DNA from: Psammoneis japonica
Lineage: Eukaryota
DNA length: 64,000 nucleotides
NCBI GenBank assembly: GCA_008632985.1
Contig: QPGO01000206.1
Coordinates: forward strand, 1-64,000
Reading direction: 5' to 3'
This document shows positions 1-10,475 of this stretch, one piece after another. Numbering within the stretch: position 1 is the first letter of the stretch; each line of letters starts with the position of its first letter. Made by a program: the position numbers and the translations under genes. The notes under the pieces are model-generated. The model was given only the letters and a program-made list of their open reading frames with translations, was not told where the DNA came from and ran no database searches.

Positions 1-8
1 CGAATTCG

Positions 9-431
9 TTGCCTAGAAGCCAAAGGAAGCATATGCTCATTGCACGTCCTCTTAAGCTCTATGGATTTGAGTTGAGCCCTGCTGGCCATGCCTATGGTTC
101 AGCCTTGAAAGTGGGCAAATCGACGAAGTCATCCGAGTACACGGTACAAACTCGTGGGGTGTTCGGGTGGCCTGCCGCCGCAGCCTCATCTGGAAAGAGA
201 CTATTACCGTCATCTGGTCTCGTTGCCACACCCCAGAAGAAGAAGCCCGCCATTATTAGCCAGAAGAGTATGACTGCATTGCAGACATTCTTCAGTTCTC
301 CTCAAGGCAAGGAGATCCAGCATGTGGCCTTAGCCGTTTGCGCCGCTGCCAACACGAGTGAGGACCGCCAGCCACCTGCCGAGGACGACCGCAAGCCGCC
401 TGCCAAGCAGGACGAATGTGCCTTTGTTTAG
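9..431 (+). CDS. Hypothetical protein, probably the 3' part of a gene entering from the left edge
   Basis: 140-aa ORF ending in low-complexity EDRQPPAEDDRKPPAK repeats and followed by AT-rich, 3'-like DNA. No domain recognised. Confidence 0.3.
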   Translation: MPRSQRKHMLIARPLKLYGFELSPAGHAYGSALKVGKSTKSSEYTVQTRGVFGWPAAAASSGKRLLPSSGLVATPQKKKPAIISQKSMTALQTFFSSPQGKEIQHVALAVCAAANTSEDRQPPAEDDRKPPAKQDECAFV

Positions 432-794
432 ATTCATCCATAGCATCTTTGCTTCATCTCGCCCGTGCACTTTGGCAGTGTACATCAGCGAGCAGTCCTA
501 GCTCTATGCACTTTGGCAGCGTATATGAGCACACAGATAGTAATCCTCTAATGTAGACCTTTCTTTCAGAATACCGTATCATATCTAGAGTTCCTAAAAC
601 GCTATTGACGCTTCAACCTCAAAATGGCTACCCTGTTACCTCACGCATAGCGATAGTTAATGAAATTTGCTTTTGTAGACCGCTCAGCATTGCGTAGCTT
701 CTCGACTAATACTCCTTTGTAAATCTTATTCGAATATTATAAAGTTGGTATTCTAACACGTCCAAAGTTTTCTCACAATAAGGTGTTGCTCTCT

Positions 795-1010
795 CTAGAC
801 AACGTTGGCTGGTGGGACGACTACTGCTTCCGCTGTGATAACACTAGACCAAGCTTCACTCCATGTTGCTTGCATCTCCCGGTGCAGATCTGGGTGATTT
901 TCTTCAAACTCGGCCGGAGCCTCACAATACAGTACAACGATGGAGTCGACAGAGCTTCCAACAGCGGTCATCATGATCCCAGACGTGATGATCCCAGTCA
1001 GTATGGATAG
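795..1010 (-). pseudogene. Orphan C-terminal fragment of a choline transporter-like (CTL/PNS1) membrane protein
   Basis: GIITSGIMMTAVGSSVDSIVVLYCEAPAEFEENHPDLHREMQATWSEAW resembles the CTL/PNS1 C-terminus. There is no room for the upstream exons because the FYVE gene abuts it. Confidence 0.5.
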
Positions 1011-1329
1011 ACTTGCCAAGAAAACACACGGAAAAGGCTCGAACGTTAGCAAGCGCAAAAATCCACTACAACAACACTTACACAAACCATGGTCTGAGAA
1101 TCATTGTCCGTGTTTTCATCGTCAGCCGTCGAAGGGCAGTCTTGCGTGGGAATGTCAGCAATGGCGTGGGCAGCTGCCGTTTTCTCAAGTCTCGCTACGC
1201 CACCGTGATAATAATCGATCTAGGAGTAAATGCCCATCGACTATCACCATGCCAAGCGTCTGCACTATCTCATCACGTGCATTTTGTCCAATTAAAGTAT
1301 GTATTAATCCTAGGGCCCTACCTGTTTCA

Positions 1330-3226
1330 TGTTGAGGCTGATTCATTGGCAACACTTTTCCGGCAACAACTCCAACACAGAGGTGTAGTTTTCCAGAGTG
1401 ACTGATATATCCAAGTCACGTTCTTGCCGCCAGCGACATGCCCTTGCTCACGACAAGGTACCGCACAAAATCGAGTCGATGGTTCGACTGCGCAATTCCC
1501 AGCACAGATCGCCCCTTGGACGACACAAGCGGACCGCTCTTGCTTTTGGAAGTTGTTAAAAACAGGGAGCCATCCGATACAATGGGACAACAATGATCAT
1601 CGACCAACCACTTGAGCAGGTCAAGATTTCCGCCCATGACAGCACAATGGACAGGATACAACAGCTCGCCCTTGACATTGCAAAAGGGAGCGCTAAGGTT
1701 GAGATTGCCTGTCTTGTACAAGTCCATCACCTTGGAATAATCCCCTTGAAGCAAGGCGGCATGAAACGACGTGGGACAACCAGTCGCACGCCAAGCATAT
1801 ATTGAGACTGGAGCTGTTTTTTGCTATTGTAGGTTTCCGGCACCATTTTCGAGGACCACGTTGTAGCACACGACGAACAAATGCAAATACCGCAATTCCG
1901 GCAATGACACGGCCGTTTCAAAACGGCAAACATGGCGTGACAGATAAAGCAGGTGGGGTTTTCATCAAAGGGCATCATTCGTGGTGCCGCCAGCTGCAAT
2001 CCGACCCGACCGGCCTGATACTCACTCTCAAAGCTATAATTGATGTTCTGAACGGCACCTTCTTGATTGGTGGTGCCAATAGAGGCAATCCACATTTTGG
2101 TCGTTTTGTTTTGATAAAATTTCCACGGCAAGACCTGTCGTTGTTTAATCGCTTCCGGTGTGGATGCGATATCGATTCGCTTTCGTGGCTTGGAACCAAA
2201 CACTTTCTCCTTGATACCGCCGCCGGCGGCGGTGGATTTGGTCGTCGACTCTGTCGCTGGATAGATGTGTGTTGTTGTAGTACGCACAACCTCAGCGCGG
2301 ACCGCGTTCTGGACCATCGCACTTTGATGCAACTCTTGTTGGGCCGTTTGTTCCACTTGTTGTTCCAACAAGATGCGTTGCCTTATTTCCTGTTCCAAGG
2401 CTTCGTCAGAAACCACCTCGGCAACCACCGTTTGTTGATCCAGTGTAGCCATGTGTTCCTTTTTCTTGTCGTCTGGCTTTTGACTATCGGAAGGAGGACT
2501 CGGTGAAAGGAAACCCGTGTCTTGACGTTCAATAATGTCATCCTCGTCTCGTTCAATCACCGAGTAGGCACCCGGTCTGAAAAAATTCTCCTCGCCTTGT
2601 TCGTTATCGTGACTCTGTTGTCGATCATTAGGTGTGCTGTGAGTCGGCTGTGTAGCTACAACGAGAGCGGCGGTGGTGGCATGAGTAGGAGGAGTCCTAG
2701 GTGCAAGAGGAGGAGAAGGATTAGTTCTTGGATCTGTTGGCCTCCTTGCTGGAACAGAGGGAGGCCTTGTTGCTGTATCAGCACAAGGACGACTTCGACT
2801 CGTCGTGTCAATACGTGTTGGAGGAAGACTGCTTGATGGCGTTGTATCATCCGCGAGTCGCTTCCGTTGAGGAACAGCACGTCGTCTACCACTGCGATGT
2901 GCGAATTTTGTGACTTCGCCGCCGTCCACTTGAGGAGGCGCAGGAGCCGAACGGCGCATGTTGTTGTTTTCTGGACGGTACTTGTACGCCGAAACCTTGT
3001 CGCTCGATGTGGGACTTGCTGTTGCTTTTTGCGGTTGATGATTCCCCGATTCTTCTTCTCCCACATCACGCAACTCGCCACACATGTCGCATCTTAAATG
3101 GAGAGGATCCGAATTGATAAAGGTACAAGTGGAACACGACCATGGGCCCTTGTTCTCGCTCTCTCCCGGCGCGACCAGAGAAGGAGGGCAATTCACGGCT
3201 GCTGATGCCGGATTTTGCAACGACAT
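1330..3226 (-). CDS. RanBP2-type zinc finger + FYVE-like zinc finger + ankyrin-like repeat protein (frameshifted near 1770-1800 and 1420)
   Basis: WSCSTCTFIN..RCDMCG (RanBP2 finger); CFICHAMFAVLKRPCHCRNCGICICSSC (FYVE-like). Continues in the 1416-1754 frame with LYPVHCAVMGGNLDLLKWLVDDHCCP and GRSVLGIA..RLDFVRYLV (ankyrin-like). Confidence 0.7.
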
Positions 3227-3690
3227 AGTAGCACAATCTTATGATGGCGTCCAACTACGAGATGGTGTAAACACAAAAGCACAATCGTAGCTATGCGATG
3301 ATCTTGCTATCTGGGGCTGCAGTCACTCTGAATTCGAATTATGGTGAAGCCAAAGTGCGGGCGGGGAAGAAAGCACCGTCATGGCGTCACGAATGAGGCG
3401 CACAAGTCAGTCGTGTCTGTCTGTCCGTCTGACTGGTTGCAGCATCCAGCATCATGCGCATCGTTCTTCGGTTCTTTGCAAGAGGCAAGAGCGAGCGATC
3501 CGCAGATCGCGATGAAACGGAAGAGAGCCAGCTTCTGTTGCGAAGTTCCTTCTGTAGAGCTCTGCAGGCTCAGAGAGTGTCTGATTCCATCAAACTGGCA
3601 TGAGTCAACTCGAGGGAGCATGGAGATGAATGGCAGGGACACAAAGAAAAGCACTCGCCGTCAACGCTTGATGCGGCAGGTGGTGATCGA

Positions 3691-5199
3691 GTGCTTGCCA
3701 CAGTTAAAACTTATGATGGACACAAATGGGGATCCGAACGAGTGCTAGCGCGTGATGATGGTATCCGCGTCGATATTACACTCGACTCTCGCCAGTGGGT
3801 GCGACAGGCTATTTCGAAGAAAGAAGGAAGCGCCAGAAGTTACCGAGGAACTGCTGGGCCAACCACTCGGAGTCAACATTTTCCGTCAATACAGCATTCA
3901 AGGACTCAATCATGAAACGCGATTCCACTGCCAGTTTCATGAAAGCGCAACGCCCGACTTTGATCAGACACAACCTGGGTATCGATACAACAAACGCACA
4001 ATTGCAAATGCTCGTCCAACGCATTGGTGAGATTGCGGGGGTATCGAGGTGGAATATTGGTGTCACTGCTGTTTTGTGCAGTGGCGGAAATGATAAAATG
4101 GGGCAGCATGCAGGTGAGAAAGCGAGAAAATGTGATGTCTTAACGCGTACTTCGTTGTTGATGTATACGCGAGACCTTACGAGAATTCTAATCGAAATTT
4201 ACAGACGACGATTAAGGAGAGACGAAAATTGTGGCGCTTGTAGCCGATGCTCCTACCACTGAGCCACGTCGAGTCACAATCAAAAGCCGAAACTTGCCAA
4301 CAGGTCACTCCAAATGGGGGATCAGATAATCGAATTGATCCTGCAACCTGGTGATGCCTATATGATGGACGGTGCGTACTAACCCACCCTTCGTGCGCTC
4401 CGTTACTTCCTTGACATTATACCTCGCCATTTGAAACGTGGACACACGGGGTAGCTCGAGTTCTGCAGAAGAAGAAAGAGAAAGATGTTGCGGCTGCCAA
4501 TCGTAGACTTGCCATCATCTTTATGGATGGCGACTACGTAGAATTCGACAAGGATTCAGGTACTCCAAGCCCTGGTTTGGGGCCAATAAAGCCCTACGCA
4601 GGTCCAACATTCGGCCAAGTCGATGGCATATGTGAAGGGCATGATGTGTACACTAGAGCAGAGCTGGTGCGGAAACGCGGGCATTATGGTCATCATCGAG
4701 GCATTAGTGGCAACTCTAAGGCGGGTTGTGACACAATAATTGTCAGTGGGAATCGGAAAGGAGATGATCAGTTTTATCAAAATCATGTACGCCGCGGAAA
4801 CAAGTGTTGAAGCCTTGGCAATGGTCCTTAGCTATGAAAAGCAATTACCTATTCAAGTTTCCAATCCAAAAAGTACCCAAGCTCTTTCGTGTAATCTGCA
4901 GTTCTTGGCCCAAGAATAGTCAAGAAAGTTACCGGTATGATGGTCTCTATCTTATTCAGTCTTTTGTACCAAGCAGGAAGAAGGGTGGGTTGTTTCAGTT
5001 TCAACTCTGTCGTTGTGCTACAACTGCGGCGCCCGGCAAATCGACATGGCGTAATGCTGTTGACAGTTGTGCCTTCTACAAGGATTGTCTTGCCTTGAGA
5101 ACCATTCCGAATCGTGGACTCAACAGTATGGCAAAATATAAGAAGCTGGTATTCTTCTGGAACTTCAACGCGATATCACGGAAGAGACGCTGGGTGTAA
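3691..5199 (+). pseudogene. AlkB-like 2OG-Fe(II) dioxygenase fused to a C-terminal SRA/YDG domain, disrupted
   Basis: HxD motif MGQHA|DDD is split by an intron at 4114-4204 and followed by an in-frame TAA at 4213-4215. Also ELILQPGDAYMMDG, distal His (THGV ~4445) and RRLAIIF. SRA motifs: HRGISGNSKAGCDTIIVSG, YAAE..ALAMVLSYEKQLPIQV, YRYDGLY (4930-4950), FQFQLCR. Several frameshifts. Confidence 0.7.
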
Positions 5200-5414
5200 T
5201 GCAACTTCTGAGTCTAAGGCATTTGCATCCATCTCAATTACACGACTTTTCTGGCGACATCGTGCATGGTGGCGTGAACAGCACTCTTGCTTCTTATCAT
5301 CAATTCCCTCTACGAACCGAACCGGGTGTCGTCTATCAGCAGGTAAGTCGAGACCTTGTCTGTGTCGAGAACCTGATAGACCTCAGTGAGTTGGTTGTGG
5401 TAGCCGTTGATAGG

Positions 5415-5885
5415 TACAGTGGGCTGAATAATATTACAAGTACGCCGTAAAGAGTCTTCCAAACGCATTAAGGAGGAGCCCCGCCTTGCTCGGACCGTAC
5501 GCCGAATACACGGCGTGAACTAAAGAAAAGTCGGTTGCCCCAAACGCCGCCTTGTCGAACACTCCGCGTAGCAATTCGCCGCCTCGAACCAGGACAATGT
5601 GTTCTTGTTGATTCCCACCAAATGCGGTCTCGGGAGTCTTTGCCTTTCACTCTAAGGAAATGCCGGGAAGTTCTTCTTCTTTCCCGTCCACAACTCTCTT
5701 GGCTTCCAAATGGCAGGAGGCACGAGTGTAATGTCGATGTCGGACCGAATCATTTCGATCCCGGAAAGACCCGTCAAGGTGGCAAACAAGAGCTGCATAT
5801 ACTCCCACTTTTCCAAAAAGGTCTCTTTGCAAGTGAGCTTGACACCACTGTCAACGTGGTCTTGAATCAATCCTCGCAGCGGCGA
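5415..5885 (-). pseudogene. RPA1: Internal fragment of the RNA polymerase I largest subunit
   Basis: SPLRGLIQDHVDSGVKLTCKETFLEKWEY..PPAIWKPRELWTGK, then after a frameshift LPGISLE*KAKTPETAFG..EHIVLVRGGELLRGVFDKAAFGATDFSLVHAVYSAYGPSKAGLLLNAFGRLFTAYL*YYS. Contains in-frame stops and lacks both termini. Confidence 0.8.
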
Positions 5886-6249
5886 TCAGTGTTTCGTTTT
5901 TTATTTGAAGCCCTGGCAATCTAACTGATGAAGCTTGGCTTGGCTCGCGGCTGAGTATTGCAGGAGGGGATGCTCTGCGTCTTTTGCAATGCCGTTCACA
6001 CGATGATCAAATGTCATCCAAAACACGACGAGGAAGAACAACTCTAAGTTATTATCATAAAACAAAAAACGAAATTACTTCGACGTCTTCTTTCTTAGTA
6101 TCCGTTGAAATCGTGATGGTTTGGAGCCAACATCTGAGCGGGGTCTCTTTCGCGTAAGGGTGGGTGTCCCCTTCACAGATTTCCATTCCTTCAATGCCTC
6201 CTCGAGGATATCTTCGCAAGCCTCTGAAATCTCTTGGACAGGGCATTTA

Positions 6250-9125
6250 GGCCCTACAAGCTCGACGGTGAAGTCCCGGAGACAGCAGTGTCAGGACAGA
6301 CCGCCGACATTTTGCACATGTGCGAGCTCGGATGGTGTGACTGGGTCATGTTCAGGGACACGGCTGTCTCATTCCCTGAAGACAAGGAGGTCCTGGGGAG
6401 GTGCATGGGCCCCAGCAGGGATGCAGGACCGGCGATGACCACCAAGACACTCAAGGAAAATGGACAAGTCATCCACAGATCCTCTGCCCTGCCGGGCTCT
6501 TGCCCCAGAGGAATGGCATCACAAGACGCACTTGGCGTTACGGAACAAATTTGATGCCAAGGCAGAGGCCAAGCTTTGTCCCAGGATGACCATCAGCGAC
6601 ATTGACAACCCCAATGTGATCACTCCCACCTTTGATCCATGCAAGGACGACTCAGAACAAGACCCATCTGGTGCCCCAGAAGCTGACACGCCAACTGACG
6701 TGGCTCACAACATCTGTGTGAATGCAGAAGTTTTGCTGCCACATGGGCACACATGCCAGACCGGCAAGGTCAAACGGCAGAAGCTGAAGCCGGACAGAAC
6801 ACTGGCAGGACAAGCCAATGCCAAACCCATCCCAGACATGCGCGTCTGTGAGGTGGAGTTCCCCGACGGTCAGGAGGCAGAACTGGCAGCCAACGTCATT
6901 GCTGAGAACATGTTTGCTCAGTGTGACAACAAGGGCGACCAGCTGGATGCTGTCGTGGACCACAAGAGCAATGAGCATGCCATCCAGAAACAAGACGCGG
7001 TCTCCCAGGATGGCAGAGGGCACCGATTCACTTGGAAAACAACCAAAGGATGGCACCTTTGTGTTCATTGGAGAGACGGTGTTGCCTCTTGGGAGCAACT
7101 TGCAGATTTGAAAGAATCAAACCAGATTGAACTGGCTGAGCATGCCAGGGCGGGATCTGTTGAAGATGAGCCCACCTTTGCTTGGTGCATTCCACATGCC
7201 TTCGAGAAGCACACACAGATTGTTGCCGCTGTCAACAAGCGTCAACTCAAGCGGACACAAGTGCAGGACACGTGTTCCCAAGACTTGTGAAGAAGCCGTC
7301 AAGATTGATGAGGGAAATGAGGACCGACAATGGCAAGATGCTGTTGACAAGGAGATGGGCACAGTCAGAAAAGCCTTTGAGGTTGTTGACAATGATGAGA
7401 ATCTGGTGGGATGCCAGCATGTCAGATGCCACTTGGTCTTTGATGTTGAACTCCAAGACTTCAAGCACAAGGCCCGCCATGTGGCAGGGGGGACACACTG
7501 CTGAACCTCCGGCTGTGATGACATGTGCCAGTGTTGTCTCTTGTGAGAGTGCAAGGATTGTGTTCACTCTTGCTGCCCTCAACAACCTTGAGGTTAAAGC
7601 CGCAGACATCAAGAGTGTCTGCATCACCGCTCCCAACAGCGAGAAGATGACTGTGACTCTGGGACCAGAGTTCAGACCTGATGCAGGTGAGAGAGCGATT
7701 GTCCAGCATGCCCTTTGTGGATTGAAGAGTGCTGGCATGTCTTTCAGAAATCATTTGGCCCAATGCATGTGACACTTGGGATGGCTGCTGTGCCTGGTGG
7801 ACCCTGATGTCTGGATGATGGAAGAGGTCCGACCCAATGATGGGTTCCTGTGCTGTGCCTGCGCACTGTTGTGTGTTGATGACATTTTGATGGTGCACCA
7901 CGATGCCACATGTGCTCTAAAGGAGATTGAACAACACCTCAAGATGAAGCCCAGTTAAACGGGTGATCCCAAGATGCATCTTGGAGCCAAGATCCGCAAA
8001 GCAGAGCTGCCGAGTGGTGTCCATGCTTGGGACATGAGTTCCAGCAAGTGCGTCTCCAACAGGCTGTCAAGAATGTAGAGGCACATCTTCATGCAAAGAG
8101 CCTGGGGAGCAAAGACGTTGCCGTGCCGGGCAACGGCCCCTTTCCCATGTGACTGTCAACCCAAGGTTGACACCACGCCTGAGCTGGATGCCAATGAAGC
8201 CAAGTTTTGCCAGTCACAGGTGGGTGTCCTGCACTGAACAGTTGAACTCAGATGTGTGGATCTCATTGCTGAGGTTTCCAAGCTTGCCTCCTTCCTCACC
8301 ATGGCAAGGGAGGGCCACCTCGAGGCTGTCCTGCATGTGTGTGCAGGTGCCTCAAGCAAGAACAGGCACAACACCAGGCTGGTGTTTGATCTGACACATC
8401 CAGACACAGACATGTCTGACTTCAAGGAATGTGACTGCAAGTCATTTTGTGGGGACGTCAAGGAGGCGGTCCCCGGCAATGCGCCAATCCCTCCAGGCAA
8501 GGAGGTTGATCTGCACCTGTTTGTTGACTTTGATCATGCCAATGACAAGTTGACAAGGCATTCACACATGGGCTTTTTCATTTGCTTGAACATGGCTTTG
8601 GTCACATGGTTTTCCAAGTGCCAGAGCACCATTGAGATTTTGGTCTTTGGTGCCAAATTTGTGGCCATGAAGCAGGGCATGGAAGCCTTGCATGGTCTGA
8701 GGTGCAAACTGCGAATGATGGGCACACCATTCTTGTCTGGTCCGTCCTGCATCCATGGTGACAACATGTCTGTCATTCATGACACGCAGAGTCCTGAGTC
8801 TACTTTGAAGAAGTTGAGCTCGATTTGCCACACCATGCTGTTAGAGAGTTGGCAGCAATGGGTGAATCCCTCACTGGACACATCCGACTGGAATGCAATC
8901 CGGTGGACATCACCACTGAGATCATGTGCGGTGGCATGAAACAAGATGGACTTGTGAGCATGATGCTTCACGAGGGATTTGCAAAGTTCAGAAACCACTT
9001 CCCTCATCCCATTGGGTTTGTTGCAGGTCACTGGGGTTTCCTTGTTGCCTTTGTGCAGCCAAACATGACCAGACTGTAAATTGAGTCAAGGTGACTCAGT
9101 GTCTGCCTCATCAACTTGAGGGGAC
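6250..9125 (+). mobile_element. 5'-truncated, hypermutated Ty1/copia (CoDi-like) LTR retrotransposon: end of integrase, reverse transcriptase, RNase H, polypurine tract
   Basis: YKLDGEVPET..GWCDWVMFRD; TTKGWHLCVHWRDG..SWEQLADLKES; CHLVFDV..FKHKARHVAGG; HALCGLKSAG; LLCVDDIL (YVDD, 7872-7883). RNase H: FVDFDHANDKLTRHS, WFSKCQSTIE, GDNMSVI..PESTLKK. PPT-like TTGAGGGGAC at 9116-9125. Confidence 0.92.
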
Positions 9126-10190
9126 CAAACAATTTACCATGTGGAATTGTGATGCAGGAATTTGTGTGTTCAATGTAGAATTTTGTCAACAATGTGGACT
9201 CAATTTGTGTGCCAAGATGAGCTCACTTCTTGAAAACAGCAGCATGATGTCGACTCACACCTTTTCTTTTAGTCTGTTCCCCAGCTCTCACCTTCACAGG
9301 GTGTTTCATTCAGCGATCTTTCACTCATGCTTCCTCCTGTTGCACTCAGCCTCTGCCATGCTTCGTTGCTCACCGTTTCCAAAGCGCTGCTGTTTGTCAC
9401 CCTTGATGCACTCTCGTGCAACAGCAATGTCAAGCAATGCTTCCCACAACAGCACACAGAATGACACATTGTAAATCCATGAGTGGGGGCCAACTGCGCT
9501 TCTAAAAAAGCCTTTTCTTCATCACAGCTTTTCCCATGTGCAGCATGCTCCCCTGATCTGTTGGATGAAGATGACAAATTTGCTCGGTTGGAGGCTCTCA
9601 CAGCATGCCGCAAGGAAGGAGCTCCTCTGTCAGAAACTTGTTCCTGTGCCGTGGAATGGCGAGTCCAACAATCACCAGAGTTGTTCAAATGGCAAATGTT
9701 TGCAGTCCTCATGGGCGCGTCCTGTTGACTTGGAGCAATGTGTGATGACATGAGAGTTTGAAGCATGGAAGGCACAGAGGTCATTTTCATCCTGGTGCTG
9801 TTGTTGCCCTCACTGATGGTTGCAGCATGTCATGTTGTTCAGTGTCAAGCAAGTCACCCTCTGCTGACATCCTGAGCAATGCATGATGGCTTGTGGGCTG
9901 ACAGCAGAGATGGCCCACAGCAACCTTTTTTTGAGAAATTGGCAAGAAGCTGCTGCTTGAGACTGTTTGAGATTGTGCTTGCTGAGCTTTCTTTTGTCTG
10001 AGCTCCACTGCTGGCCAGTCCAGCACAAACGTGGGTGCTCCTGGCTGGCACATTTTTTCAACAACAAGCCGTGTTCTCCTGGCACCTCCCACAGCGGTGT
10101 TTGAAGAGATCGTGAGTGTGTGTGATGAAATTCTCTCATCCTTCAGCTCCCAGTCCACATTCTCATAGAGAGATTGCAGAATTGTAGAGT
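6260..10190. other. TpA-depleted hypermutated block 1 (copia relic plus unidentified decayed sequence)
   Basis: About 13 TA dinucleotides in 6260-10160 by eye, none in 6541-7594. For comparison, the 60 bp at 481-540 alone contain 6. Confidence 0.95.
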
Positions 10191-10475
10191 CGGTGAGAAC
10201 CCGGAGTTTTGCATCGCGCCAATTTCCTGCTCATTCCGGTTCATTCATTTTATAAGTCATCGAATATTTTTAAAAATGCAAAATGCTCTGAGATCGAGCG
10301 CGATATTATTGCGTCCATCTTCAATCTCAGCCACAACGAAGTGATATGCTCATCAAATCAACAGTGGCAACTCAACAAAGTTTGTTTCGCCCTTATATTA
10401 TCATCTCCCGCAGCCATCTCCCATCTCCTCCATCGAGATCTTTTACTTGTCTTTTGATTCTTGTGAAAATCACGT

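Noticed and set aside
6250..8980. Alternative genetic code (TGY or CAY read as Tyr)
   Set aside because: Neighbouring host genes use the standard code with normal Tyr, the element is frameshifted, and non-coding DNA shows the same bias.
6250..9125. ADAR-type RNA editing of the retrotransposon
   Set aside because: A->G and T->C occur together on the same strand, and non-retro sequences are affected equally.
9126..9240. 3' LTR of the copia element after the PPT-like TTGAGGGGAC
   Set aside because: There is no 5' LTR in the window to compare with, and no clear TG...CA limits, so boundaries cannot be supported.
6260..10190. Classical fungal RIP as the explanation
   Set aside because: RIP creates TpA from CpA and lowers GC. 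Here TpA is destroyed and CpA/TpG are gained.
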